Shown in pieces: positions 16,278 through 29,200 of a stretch of 64,000 bases of DNA (positions are counted from its first letter, which is position 1; every line of letters starts with the position of its first letter). Source of the stretch: a virus. Under the pieces are notes generated by a model. That model was not told where the DNA came from. It saw only the letters and a program-made list of their open reading frames with translations, and made no database searches. The stretch covers positions 3,661-67,660 of the IMG/VR virus record IMGVR_UViG_3300027806_000042; one strand, 5' to 3'. The translations under genes and the position numbers were made by a program.

Positions 16278-18636
16278 AACGGTAGCGCCTGTGACTTTGT
16301 TTAAGGTAACAAAGATGGCGCCCCTAATCACTAAGACAAATGGAGCATTTGATAACCCACCAAAGGATACGTGGGATGCCATTCTGTTCCAGTTTAGTGC
16401 AAATGAAGATGAGTGGTTTATCAGCACCCCTATTCGTTCCGATAAACCGCAAACCTTTAGGATTATAACTGACGAGCAATGGAGAAACTCGGAGATTATT
16501 GATGGTGAAGGCTAAAGATGCAGCCATGTCGTTTGAAGCCGTGAAGGTTTCAATGCGGCAGGATGGCAAGGGTAGTTACATCACCCTTGCTATCCATCCT
16601 CACCAAGTCCCCCTGGACCTGTTCGCAGCGCCAGCGGGTTCTAGGTTTGGCTGCGCCTTGGTTCACATTGACGAGAACGAAGAACCCGTTAGGGGACGGG
16701 ACGCAGAAGAAGGGGATAAGGCCATAGCTTCTGCCGGTATGCTTTGCCGGAATCTAAGGTTCCAGCAATGGATACACCGGGAGGGCTTAGCCCTAGATAT
16801 TTCCGAGGATGGCGCCATAGCTGCGCTACGGGAGCATTGCGGCATTACCAGCCGCACGGAGTTAAAGACTAACCGGGAAGCCAGGAAGGTATTTCTGGAA
16901 CTCGCCCAACAATTTCAAACCGCAAAACTCTAGGAGAACATCATGCAAGCAGCACCCTTTCTGGATAAGGTCAAGGAAATTGTCTCCGGTCCACGAGAAA
17001 AGGAATACGGGGACAAGACAGCAAACCACAACTGGATTGCCACCCTTTGGAATTTCTGGCTACAGCAGCGCCCGCAGCAGGAATATCTCAGCGCCTATGA
17101 TGTGGCGATGATGATGCTACTGGTGAAGATTGCCCGGCTTATGCAAACCCCAGGCCATCAGGATAGTCATATTGATATTGCTGGCTATGTAGCCATTATG
17201 GAAGAGGTAACTCCCCGTGGATAAGGAAGAAGCATATATCCTGTCTATGCGTGATGTGATGTTGAACTTCATGCACCAGAACAATCGGGACGTTGAAACT
17301 TCTCCTTGCGTGGTTATGGGAACCATCTACGCAATTATGATCTTCATGCAGCAAACCACGGAAGAAACTGAGGTTGCTCAAGCGGTCAGGGAAGTGACTG
17401 ATTTCTTTATGGAAACCAGCAAGCAGTTATTGGCAGTATTGCCGCAACCATCCGAGGATGCCGTGATGTACCACGGCCCACCCGGCAACGCATAGGAGAA
17501 ATAAAATGACTTTTTTGAAAGTGAATTGTTTGGTCTTGAATCCAGAACTTGGAGATGAAAAGAAAACCCAAGACAAAACAACTCTAGTCCTCGTCAATTT
17601 AGATGCCATTGACGCCATAGAGGAAGATAAAGGAAGTCACTACCATGAAGGCAAGAATCTTTCTATGATTCAACTGAAAGGCGACTCAAGAATCTGTGCC
17701 ATTGGATCGGTGGAAGAAATCGCTCACAAGATTGAGACAGATAAAAGCCGCTTTGTAATTGACCTAACCACACCAAAATCAGAATAGGAAGCCCCATGCA
17801 ATTTGACTGTGAATCAACCGCGTCCACCACCGGATGCGAGGTTAGAGCGCGCCTTGTCGAAACAGGCTGGATTCCCCCTGAGAAGGCCGCTGAGGCGGTT
17901 GTGGATTTCCAGCTAAAGCAGGACTATCACCTAGCCCTACTAGCCCTAGACGGGCAGTTTGTGGCGGCGGAAGAAGGCAGCCTAGCCGGGCGGGTTGTGA
18001 AGCTGCTGCGCCAGTTGGATGAGCAGCATAACGCCGGTCTTGTGGAGGCATCATTGGTCGCCACTGAGCGGAACAATGAAGGCAATCCCATTTGGCCGGA
18101 TGGTCAGGCTATCGCCAATATCATTTTGGCTTTGCGCCGGAGGGTGACATGAAAGATGAAGAATACCGCGCGCTTGTTGCTGCTGGCCCTGCCGTGGTGA
18201 TGGTGGCGAAGGAAGATATGCTGAAGCTGTTGGAGCGGTTGATTATTACCGAAAAGCAAAGGCAGAGTTTATATCTGCAACTTTCTTTGGTAAACCGCTC
18301 TATCCTTGACAACGATTAACTCCAAACATGAAAGGAAATCAAATGTCTGAATCCAAAAATCCCTGGCCACTTATTGGGTGTGGAGTCCATAAATACGAAC
18401 GAAAAAATGGCAAACTCTATGTTGCGAATCAAGGGGCTGTCGTGATGGAAAGAGATGGCCTTATTTTGATTGAGTGGTTTGATTGGATTTTGGGGGAACC
18501 ACTTTATGCAACATGGCATGAGTTAATTGGTTGTTCAGATGACGAAGAATGGAGATTCTTTGAAAATGTTGAGTGCATGAATGGATACTACCAGTCACAC
18601 AAACACATCATCGAAGAGCCAATCAGCAATTCGTGA
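16264..18636 (+). CDS. Run of hypothetical genes including a DUF6378-like protein (16943-17224)
   Basis: R..EYG...IATLW...M.L.KIAR...DS.IDIAGY in 16943-17224; the others tile with RBSs. Confidence 0.65.
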
Positions 18637-18660
18637 CAACGATTAACCCAAGAGAAAGCC

Positions 18661-19161
18661 ATGAAGCATGTCATTAGCGCCATCCTTCATACCATCACCT
18701 TCACCGCTATCGGGTTCCTGATCTTAGACAAGATTCAAAACCCGCCAAAGGTGGAAGTGGTGAATGTGATTGAGTTTCTGCCAGAACCAGAACCAATCAA
18801 CATTGACCATGTGAACTGCATGGCAAGGAACATCTATTGGGAAGCCCGTAATCAGCCCAAAATTGGGATGCTGGCGGTCGCCCATGTTGTGATGAACCGC
18901 ACCAAGGATGAAAGATGGCCCTCCGATCCATGCGAAGCAATCTACCAGCGCCGAGGGAATACATGCCAATTCTCTTGGGTCTGCACCAGCAATAGGGACA
19001 GGCAGCCAACCGATAGGGAAGCATGGAACAAGGCTCTGGAAGTGGCGCGCCTAGCCCTTCATGGCTATCCAGACATTACCGAGGGCGCCGTGTTCTTTCG
19101 GGCGGCAAATGTCGCACCACGCAAAGCACTAAGGATCAACGATCATGCGTTCTACCGATAA
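18661..19161 (+). CDS. SleB-like cell wall hydrolase (Hydrolase_2) with N-terminal membrane anchor
   Basis: CMARNIYWEARNQ...AVAHVVMNR...CQFSW...HAFY. Confidence 0.92.
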   Translation: MKHVISAILHTITFTAIGFLILDKIQNPPKVEVVNVIEFLPEPEPINIDHVNCMARNIYWEARNQPKIGMLAVAHVVMNRTKDERWPSDPCEAIYQRRGNTCQFSWVCTSNRDRQPTDREAWNKALEVARLALHGYPDITEGAVFFRAANVAPRKALRINDHAFYR

Positions 19162-19607
19162 AACAAAATTCTCAATGGCCTTCGGTGAAACCCTTTACAA
19201 ACACCGAAGCCGTGCTAATATGGCAAATATGACATACACCGATGAAGCAGGGATTGGAGAAAACACCCTGATAAATTGGGAGAAGGGTCGTTGTTTGCCA
19301 AGGCTTGAGGTTTTGATTGCAGCGGCCAAGCCCTTCGGATTGAAGGGATGGGAATTCTACAAAGAAGTGGAAGAAATGTATGCCAGGAAAAAGGCCCGCG
19401 CATCCAATGGTGTTAGAGTTGATAAGGCTGATAAAGGACGGGGGAATGACCGTGGCCGCAACCGCCGATAGGGCGGGATATGATAGGTCAGTCATATTCC
19501 GATGGCGCTATGACGGTATCAGACCATCAATCCACATCTTTGATGATGTGCTTAGGGCGGCAGGATATAGGTTAGCTATTGTTCCTTTGGAGGGAGACAA
19601 AGAATGA
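19145..19607 (+). CDS. Two tandem XRE-type HTH proteins (19145-19471 and about 19408-19607)
   Basis: AGIGENTLINWEKGRCLPRLE; AGYDRSVIFRWRYDGIRPSI. Confidence 0.7.
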
Positions 19608-21968
19608 CCGATGTATTTGTTATAAATTTTCACGGAAGCCCAGCGCCAAAAGGATCAAGTTTTCGGGGTGAAACCTTGCATCTTAAAAAGAGGGAATTAA
19701 AGCGGCTATTGAATCCTGGGCTTCGGGCCGTTTTTGGTGTGACCATGCCGACAAGCTTTGTGCCACAGATAAAACCGAAGAAAGGAGACAAAAAATGACC
19801 GGCCTTGGCTATAAAGTATATGCCGAAATTGAAAACCTACTTACTGATGTTCAGTCTGTTCGGGAGGTTGGTGGTGGCGCCACCTATGAAGATGCGTGGA
19901 ATCAAGCGCAAATTGTTTTCGCGCAAGGGCGGAACGGATGGTATGAACATAATAACAGGCTACGCATACTCCGCATTGAAATCGTGAAGGTTATTAATGT
20001 GGCATCTTTCAAAAAGATGGAATGGAAGATTGATGGCAACCCAGAAGGAGACAAAGAATGACCTATAAAGTAGATCAATTCGCCGCCCTCCATCCAAGGG
20101 TTGAAGGCGAAATTTATGTGGATTGGGATAAGGTTCGTATGCTGGCCCTCAAGGGGGAGATTGGCACAAGTCAGCATGATGTTTTAACTGGACAATTAGC
20201 GCAGGCCCTTTTGGAAAAGGGGCGCCGTATTGAAGATTTAGAGAAGGCGTTGCGCCATATTGAATATCTAGACCGTCCTCAAGTACGAGGCCAACCGCGC
20301 CGCGTGTCAATTCAGGAAATCGCGCTCGCCGCGCTGAAAGGAGACAAAGATGTTCACAATGGATCAAATTGACGCCACCCACACGGCTTACAAAATGGGG
20401 ATTGAAGCTGGTAGGGAAGTATCGGCTACCCGCATTGCGGAGTTAGAGAAGGCGTTGAATTACTTTTTAGACCGCGATGAAGATAAACCGCAGAATTGGA
20501 AATACAGACGGGATAAAGCAGAGAGATTGGCCCGTGATGCGCTTGGGGGTTAAGCAAGAAATGAACATCGAAGCCATAAACCGAAGCACAAGGCTTGCCC
20601 TCCTAGACACAGGCGAGACAATCCCAATCACGGATTGGTTTGAGATGGACGGATATAATTGTGACCCATCCGAGGCGGTTGTCTGCGTTGCAGGGCCTTG
20701 TAGCAATGGTAAGTGGTATTCAATTGATCTCAGACAATATGAAGGGACGATCCTGCAATGACTGACCTTGTAACCGACCACCTCGCCATCACTATTGCCC
20801 ATTTGCGAGACCTTGGAGATAGAGCAGCCTTTGAACCACACATGCACCATAAGGCAGCCGATGAAATAGAACAGTTAGACAAAGCCTGTAAGGAATGGGC
20901 AGAGGTATCTCAGAACAACTTTCAACGGGCGAAAGCCGCGCAAGCGGCACTAGAAGAACACAAACAGGGCGCCATGGAAGCTATACGCCTAGTAGGGCAA
21001 TCAGCCCGTAACGCAGGCTTATGGCAAGGCAAGGCAGAAGGTCTGGCCTCAATCCTGACAGAGTGTGTCAATGACCTAGAACGCGCCATCAATAAAAAGG
21101 TCCACAAGGAAAGCATGGAGAAATTGATAGCCCATGCTAGGCAAGCAGTAGATAACCTAAACAAATAAGGAGATATATCATGGCCAAATGGGAAGAAGTG
21201 GAATGTTTTGATTCCAAGGTTGTTGTGATCCATGAACCAGGAACCTTTAAGCACCTAGAAGAACTATGCGATAAGGTTGTTCTTCGCGTGTGTAATATAA
21301 CAGAAGGCCAAGTATGGCTTGTCCCGCTAACTCCCGACCATGCTGTTAAAGTGGGAACCGCTTTGATTGCGTATTCCAACACGCCCGCCCCGAGTAAATA
21401 AGGAGATACAATGCTGACCATTGAGCAAGTCCTAGACATAGGGCTAAGTGGTATCATCAGTAAAGATGATGATATTCTTCCGCATGTGGAAGTCCTTAAG
21501 CGGGGATTGGCTATTGTTATAGTCCGATCCTTGCGGCGACTTGAGCATAAATCAGAGGTTGCCTCGGACGCCGTATCGGCAATGGAGGGCTGGCTTTATA
21601 ACCATGGACCATTCCCTGAAAAAAGGATTTCAGACGCTATAGAAAAAATGTGGGATTGGAGACTCCAACACCATCGCTATAATTGGCATGGCTTGACCCG
21701 CGTTCAAGAAGCTATATACATGGCCGAGCGCCACGCCGACTATTCAGCCACTTGGGCTTTGAAATTTATTTTGTCATTCACCGCAGAGCAGCCAAGATTT
21801 TTGAGGAATGCCTTTGGCTCCCTAACTGACTCCCAAAACTCCGCAGGAGACGCAGCAATAAAAGACGCCATTAAATTTGGCACATTCATAAACGCCAAGC
21901 GGGATGAATGGGAAAGACAGAAGGCCGATATTCTTGAAGTGTTCACGCCTTTAATCATCAAGCAATAA
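19604..21968 (+). CDS. Run of small hypothetical genes
   Basis: Tiling ORFs 19604-19798, 19795-20061, 20058-20372, 20350-20553, 20561-20761, 20758-21168, 21180-21401 and 21411-21968, most with GGAG RBSs. Confidence 0.65.
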
Positions 21969-21977
21969 GGAGATACC

Positions 21978-22625
21978 ATGTCAGAAGTGAATCTGGTTTG
22001 GGTAACACCCAACGCCGATCAGATGATTGGCTACATCGCCCGTGTCAGCAATGTAAGCGCCAAGCCAAACGATGAAGCGGCCCCGTTGATTTCATACCTT
22101 ATCAAGCACAAGCATTGGTCCCCGTTTGAAATGGCCGATATGTGCCTGGAAATCATCACTGAACGGGACATTACTCGTCAGCTTCTAAGGCACAAAATGA
22201 AGCCACAAGAATTTAGCCAGAGGTATGCTGCGACCAGCGCCTTACCTGAGGCCAGTAACCGCCCGGCCAGGATGCAAGACCCGAAGAACCGCCAGAAGTC
22301 TAAACCCTGCCGCGATCCTGAAATCATGAAGTGGTGGGATGAAGCCCAAACAAAGATCAAGATGGAGGCGGATGCTATCTATAATGCCGCCCTTGAACTT
22401 GGTATCGCTAAGGAAGTGGCGCGGTCAGTCTTGCCCGAGGGACTAACCACAAGCCGAGTTTATATGAAAGGCGACATTCGCTCATGGCTGCATTACTGCG
22501 AAGTCAGGCGCGGGAATGGAACACAGCCAGAGCATATCGAGGTGGCGGATAAATGCTATGCCATCCTCAAGAATGAATTGCCTGATACTGTAGCAGCCTG
22601 GGAGGCTACGCATCATGATCTGTAG
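21978..22625 (+). CDS. thyX: FAD-dependent thymidylate synthase
   Basis: KHWSPFE, RQLLRH...QEFSQRY, KEVARSVLP, RSWLHY...R...TQPEH. Confidence 0.95.
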   Translation: MSEVNLVWVTPNADQMIGYIARVSNVSAKPNDEAAPLISYLIKHKHWSPFEMADMCLEIITERDITRQLLRHKMKPQEFSQRYAATSALPEASNRPARMQDPKNRQKSKPCRDPEIMKWWDEAQTKIKMEADAIYNAALELGIAKEVARSVLPEGLTTSRVYMKGDIRSWLHYCEVRRGNGTQPEHIEVADKCYAILKNELPDTVAAWEATHHDL

Positions 22626-23223
22626 CCTCGCCCTGGTCCTGTTGATGGACGTTTCTGCCTCTATCCTACCGGCGCATTGGATAGCGCAGCGCGATTACAC
22701 CGCCGCCGCGCTGGCTAGTGATGATGTGGTGCGCGCCATTGAGCGGGAGCCACCGATTGCGGTCACGGTGATGGGCTTTGATAACGTAGCGCGCCCGGTG
22801 TTAGGCTGGCGGGTGCTGCATAATCGGTATGATGCCTTGGCGCTGTCACAGGAATTACGCGCGGTTAATCGCCCTGGATGGGGAAGCACGGATATAGCCG
22901 CTGCCATCCACGCCAGCCTTGATGCTTTACAGGCGGCGCCCTGTGATCCTGATCGCGCGGTGATTGACCTTAGCACAGATGGGGAAGCGGAGCCAATTAC
23001 AACCGCCGCTGCGCGCGACGTAGCACAGCTTCGCGGCGTAACCATTAACGCCATCGGCACGGATGCAGATGGGGAGGAATTTCTAAGGAAACACGCCATC
23101 ACGGCAGATGGCTTTCTATTGATTGGAAGCTGGGATGATTACCCCGCGCTGATGAGGCGGAAGTTAGTTATGGAGTTGGCGGGAATATCACAAATAGAAA
23201 CTATCTCACACCTCTATCCATAG
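22615..23223 (+). CDS. DUF1194 (vWA-fold) protein
   Basis: LVLLMDVSAS MIDAS motif, STDIAAAI, VIDLSTDG, GVTINAI. Confidence 0.85.
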   Translation: MICSLALVLLMDVSASILPAHWIAQRDYTAAALASDDVVRAIEREPPIAVTVMGFDNVARPVLGWRVLHNRYDALALSQELRAVNRPGWGSTDIAAAIHASLDALQAAPCDPDRAVIDLSTDGEAEPITTAAARDVAQLRGVTINAIGTDADGEEFLRKHAITADGFLLIGSWDDYPALMRRKLVMELAGISQIETISHLYP

Positions 23224-26200
23224 CCTGCTCCATAATCGTACCCGTTATCTGATTGCGCCGTTGCCTTAATGGTACTAGGGCATCGGCCTTTTCTTGCGGG
23301 TCCATATTAGGATTGTTCTGAATAGCCCTCATCCTACGGCTAATCTCACCAACATCGCGGGATGCCTTGTCAACCTGCTTCTTTAGACTAAACAAGTCAG
23401 ACCTTTCAGAAGCAATCTCATTAGCCCTAGCCATATCCCCGGCAAGCCGGGCGTCGTTCATGGCCGTTGTCCATTGGGTCACTTCCCGCTTCAAATCATA
23501 GAAGTCACCAACAAACCGGCTAACCTTTTCTTCATCGCCTTTGATGAACCGCCGCATACCAGAAAGTGTCGTGGCGATACCAAGGGGTGTATTAGGATCA
23601 CCAAGCGGCCCAGCAGGCTTGCCAGGGGTTACTCCCGTCCATCCAAGGAAACCATCTATAGCACTCAGTATCATGACGCCCGTGGTGCCTAGATAGCCTT
23701 GCAAAATGGATTGCGCTTGGATTGGTGATATTTCCATCTTAGCGCCACGAGGTAGCTGCCCAATGGTATTATTGATGGCGTAAGCTACTCCCTCAGCAAC
23801 CCTAGATGTATCCTCTTGCACTCGTTCACTTGCGGGGCGTGACTGCATCCCCGCGCTTTCTAATTGCCTCTGCCGGAAGAAATCATAATTAGTCATAACT
23901 GTCAGGAGGGGATCAACGGCAGCAGGGATTGGACTAGAGCCCAAGGTATTAGTAAATGCAAAAGCAAATGCCCTAGCTAGGTCGCCGCCATGCTGTTTGC
24001 GATAGGCGTCATACACCATCACAGGGATAGCGCCAAACCAAGTACCAACCTCAAACGCACGAGGCAAAAGAACGGTTGTTCCATTGACATAAGCAATGTC
24101 ATACAGCATCTTCCGTTCAATGGGTTCATTGTCCCACTCTTCCGGGTCTGACTCAGCAGCATAAATAGCAGCGGCAACACTAAACAACCCAAGAACCGCG
24201 CCCCTTGCTACCAAGCGCCCTATGAATTTTTTAGCCCCTAGATTCTTTTCATTTTCCATGAGCCTGTATGTGCCTTGGATTTTGGCGTTCAAGAACGGAA
24301 TCAACGGGGCCAAAGTTGAAATCAGACCGCCAAAAATGCCGGTTCCAATTCCGCGCCTTGAATACGGCGCCAATAGATAAGCCTGAAAGGCAGCTTCATC
24401 GGGGTCAACACCCTTGGAAACCAAATGATTGACGAGCCTAGTACGTTCAGCAAACTCGGTAACTTCGCCAGCCCTTTCCAGACTTTTCACAAAACCCATC
24501 GCTCGGTCCAGCATTGAAGCCGTGCCATCTTCCATGCGAACACGGCGCTTCAATTCTTTAGTAACATCAGGGCCACCCTGCCCCCAAGTGTAGCCGCCAA
24601 AACCAGACACATCACCAATGGACGTATAGGCCGTAGTTTGCTTCAAAGTATCTTTGAAGCCACGGGTGAAGAAGTTAAAGAACGGGACACCCTCTTGCAC
24701 ATAAGCCATCTGCCTGCCGCGCCAAAGGTTCGCCAGCATGAAGGGGGGCGCAAGGGTGATTGTGTTTCTAATAAAACCAGAAAATGAAGCCAACGCCTTC
24801 ACAAAGCTATTCTGAATCTGTGGTGGCGCCGTGCTGATAGCAACCATCATTAAGGGATCATCAATCCGGTAATGAACGTCCTTGCCGTTTTCCCGAATGG
24901 TCAAGATATTCTTGGCGCCCTGCAACCTAGTAGGTACTTTCTCCGCTAGACCGGCAAACTCCATCCCCTTCGCGGTATTCCGCATGGCAACATTCTTTAG
25001 GCCAGATTTTACAATGGCATCAGCATTCCGAATGATGTTCTCAAACAGATCACCAATGGGGTCCTCGCCCCCCTCGCGCTTCTTTAATGCGTCACTAGGG
25101 TTCTTGAACGTCCCGGCTGTAGATGGGCCTATAATCTGATCGGCATTATGGTAGGCATCATCCTCCATTGTGCGATACAATGGGGTATAAAAACTACCCA
25201 TAAGTTTGTCTTTGGTTTCCTTATCAATAACCCCTGTATCAACCAAAATCTGCAATAGGCTATTGTTCCAATTATTTAGGTCTTTTTTTGCTTCCTTCCA
25301 TGCAGGGAAGTCCCGCTCAGATTCTCGGATTACATTGTTGATTTCAGTATCGGTCAAGTTGGTAAAACCGGCGCGGCCTTGTTTCCGCAAGTCGCGCTCC
25401 TGACTAGCAACAAGATATGTTTGGAAAGCCTTGGATTCTTCGGGCTTAGTGGAAACCCTGCCCGCGATCATGGCCTGCATAGACTTTACCGCAGGATCAC
25501 GCTCTAGTACCCCGCGCGCTATGTTGAACTTATACCCACCGCCATTCATCATATACGCAATGCGGGCATCATTATTCATTGATCCTTCCCAAGACCGGCC
25601 AGCAGTCGCCAAGTCAGGACGCCCCTTAGAACGAAGGAGTTGGTCAAGTAAGTGTGCTGGATAGGCTTGGTTCACACTAGACAATACAAGGCTGGTTCTG
25701 GCGTTCACGCGCCGCTTTACCGGCGCCTCGCCGGGCTTCTCACCGCCATACAGAAATGTGTATTTAGCCCTTGCCCCTGTAAGGGCATCCAGAGCCTTGC
25801 GGAATAGGCTGTCCGGTTCCTGTCCGTATGTCCCTGTTACCTTGTCTATGGCGCTTTGATGGGCTGCGCTGATCTTTGGGAGTGTGCGGGCGCTGTATTC
25901 TTCTGATGCCGCGCCACGTTCAGGTATTCTATAGGCCGGATTGTGGTAATCATGCTGAAGGGAGGCGAAAGGAAATCCCTCTGGCGCATAACTTCTATAC
26001 ATATATTTTTCGTCGCCGGGAAATTCACCAATTTTGGCAGTAAATCTAATATCAGCAGGGAATGGATCAAATTCCCCAATACCAACCAATTCAGCTTCCG
26101 TCACGGCTTCTTTGTATTTCATTCTTGCATTTTGTATTCTTTTTTGAATCTTAAAAATTCCATCATCGGTTAGGTTTGGTTCCCGCAATTTCTCAGAATA

Positions 26201-29200
26201 ATCTTCAATAGTTTTTCTTCTCCAATCCATTTTGGACCAAGCTGCGCGCTGATCATCAAGATTTTTTTTGTATTCAATACCCTCGGGGGAGCTTGTTCTG
26301 GAATAACGCGCTGTTTCTTCAGGGGTTAAAATACCAAATTCCGCACGTTGCAGCGCGCCCTTCAGCCCGCCTTCCGACTCTAATTTTATATTGGCAGATT
26401 CAATGATTGATTGCGGAAGCCTTGCGCTAGACTCACTCCCCCTAAACTCAGGCGCAGCATCACCAGCAAACCTACCAGCATCACCTTCCACAACCCTGCC
26501 AAACACATCATCAGGGCTGTTAAACCCATCACCACGCAAGGAATTACCCATGCGCCTAGTGAACTTAGTCAGCATGTTCACAAACCGCGTGAAGGATGGC
26601 TTCAATCCGGTCATTGGAACCCCGCGCTTGGCGGCATCATGCAATGAACCAAACACATAAGCCTCAGCCTCGCGGGCGCTTTCAATGTTCCCCGGCAAGG
26701 TGGACTTCAGGAAATCCCAATAAGAATCCTTGGACCCCGGCATACGGATTGTCTGTAGTTTCCGCTTAATGGTGGAATCAACTTGATCCAGCGTCATGTT
26801 GTCCTTGAAGGACTGACCCATTAGCTTCTTAAAAGCAGGATCATATTGGCCGTAGTAATCTTGCAACACATGGAAGGCTTCATGGGCTGCTGTTTCTTGT
26901 GCCATGCTTAATACTGAATCAGATAGGGAAATCTCAATAATGCCTGACGCAGCGGTATCAATCGGCGCCAGCCGACGGCCTTGGGCCTCTATGTCATTCT
27001 TCAGGATGCGTTCTACAAACCTAATTTCATGGTTTGCACCGGCAGGCAGAATAGCAGCCATCACTTCACCGGCCTTGAAGGCGGCATAAATCTGTTCCGG
27101 CTGGAACTTACCGCTTTTCATATCCCGCTCAATAGCGGTGGCAATAGCTTCACCCTGCTTGCCTTTGGCCCTAATCTTGTTCAAGCGGTCATTGATAACC
27201 GCCATGAAATCAAAGGCAGGACTTGGTTTGGTGGCCTGTTCAGGTTGCGTGGCCTGTCCGGGTTGATTGCGCGCGGAGTATTCTTCCGCAGGGCCAAGCG
27301 GCTTTGCGGGGGCATTGGCAAACCTAGCTTGGTCAAGGGCTTCAACATCGCCTTCAGTTACAGGGGTAGATGGAACCTCAAACCCAAGCGCGCGGGCAAT
27401 ATCTTCATCGCTATCACGGGCCGTTACACCAGCTTCATCTAACGCGCGCTCTAATTGCTGCGCCGCACGTTGCCGCTCCTGCCCTTCATAATCTTCAGTC
27501 AAACCAAAGTTGACACCACCACCAGATAATTCCTCTCTGATGGCATTAAGCATATCGTTAATGTCGGCATCTTCGGGAAGGAAACCTTCTTCAACTAGCT
27601 TCTCCCGCGCCCGATCTAGTGTAAGGCCACCCTTGTAACCAACCGTCTTACCATTCTGGTTCTTGATTGGCGTCCTTGGCTGATTGTTAATAAGGCCAGG
27701 AAGGGCTTTATTAGAACCAAGGATATTAGAAACCTCACCGGCCATGTAGCCAGTATTGTTTAGGCCACCAGCCTTCCTTAGAAATTGCACCAAAGATTGC
27801 TGTTTTGGCTTTACGCCACCACGCAAGTCTTGAAGGGTTTGCTTAACGTCAGAGGGCAAAGCAAAGCCAGGGCCTTCGGGTGCCTCAGATGGGGCGCCCA
27901 TCGGAGTTTCAACGCGCCCTTCTTCCACAGCCGCAATACGCTCATTTGCAATTTCAGAGCTTTGAGAAGAAAGATTATTGGCAACATACTTCTTAATCTT
28001 GCCTTTTTTAGATTCCCCTTTACCAAGAGAAAACCCAAACTCACCTGATTGGTTTTCGGCTGATTGAATTTGACGATCAAGCGCAGCCTTAACCTCTCCC
28101 ATTGGGATTTGCCTACCGGCAATTCCAGAAAGATAGGCTTGAAGGGACGGGACAGAAACCGTGTAAGAAGGCTTATCTTTAATCTGATCGGCAATGTATT
28201 GTGAAGCCAAAGTCCCCAATGCTGCCTCTTGATTTTCACCAGAACGAAGCCCTTGGGCAGCAGCAGAAAAATCTTCAGGACTAATTTGACGAATAGACGG
28301 GGCAGGACGCAACGCCTCTTGGGCGCTGGCAAATAGTTTCTCTTGTTCTTCAGCAGGGCGGGATAGAAAATCCTCAGCAGGTATATTAAGACCGCGCTCT
28401 ACAATAGCCGCGCGCTGAAACTCAGGTTGCCCAGCCTGTAATGCGTCACGCAATTCAGCATCTTCAGTCCGGTCTATCTCTGGACCAGGGCCGCGCCTAG
28501 CAGCACCAACGCCAGCACCAACACCGGCACCAACAATAGCGCCCATAGTTGCACGAGAACCAACACCGGCAAGCAATTCGCGGTCCACTTCCGCACGTTG
28601 CCTAGCGATGTTTTCCGATAGTGCTGCACCACCTTCTTGCCCTGCTTCTTGACCCAATTCGCTAAGGCTAGTCCCCAACGCGCGACCAACAACACCCCGC
28701 CTTGTCATAGGGCGGAACATCGCCCCTTCAGCGCCGGGCAAAGCAGCCCCAACCGTTCCAGAAATAACGGCAGTCTGAGCGGCGGCTTGTCTAGCGGCAC
28801 TTACCGCAAGGCGTTCCTTGGCTTCATCAGGATTCAAACCTTGCTTCAATAATTCCTGATATTCAGGGCTGCGCTGTAATTGCTCCGGGGACAAAGCCGT
28901 AATTGTGCGATAAACTTCATCGGCGGAACTGCCGCCTTCAAGCAACGATTCAGTCCCGACAGCGCCAGCAACACCAGCGCGGGTAGCAGTGGTTTGGGCT
29001 AACTGCCTACCAGCCACACGGCTTGCAACACCAGCAGCGCCCCTTACAGCCAAACCCCCCACAAGGGCCGTGGCTAGTGACGGAAGGCTCTCAATAGCCA
29101 CGCCAGCCACAATGCGCGGATTTCTAATGGCTTCGGCAAGGGCAGTCTTAGCTTGCTCACCAAGGCCCTTACTTTCAGCCTCTTGCATGGCAAGATCAAA

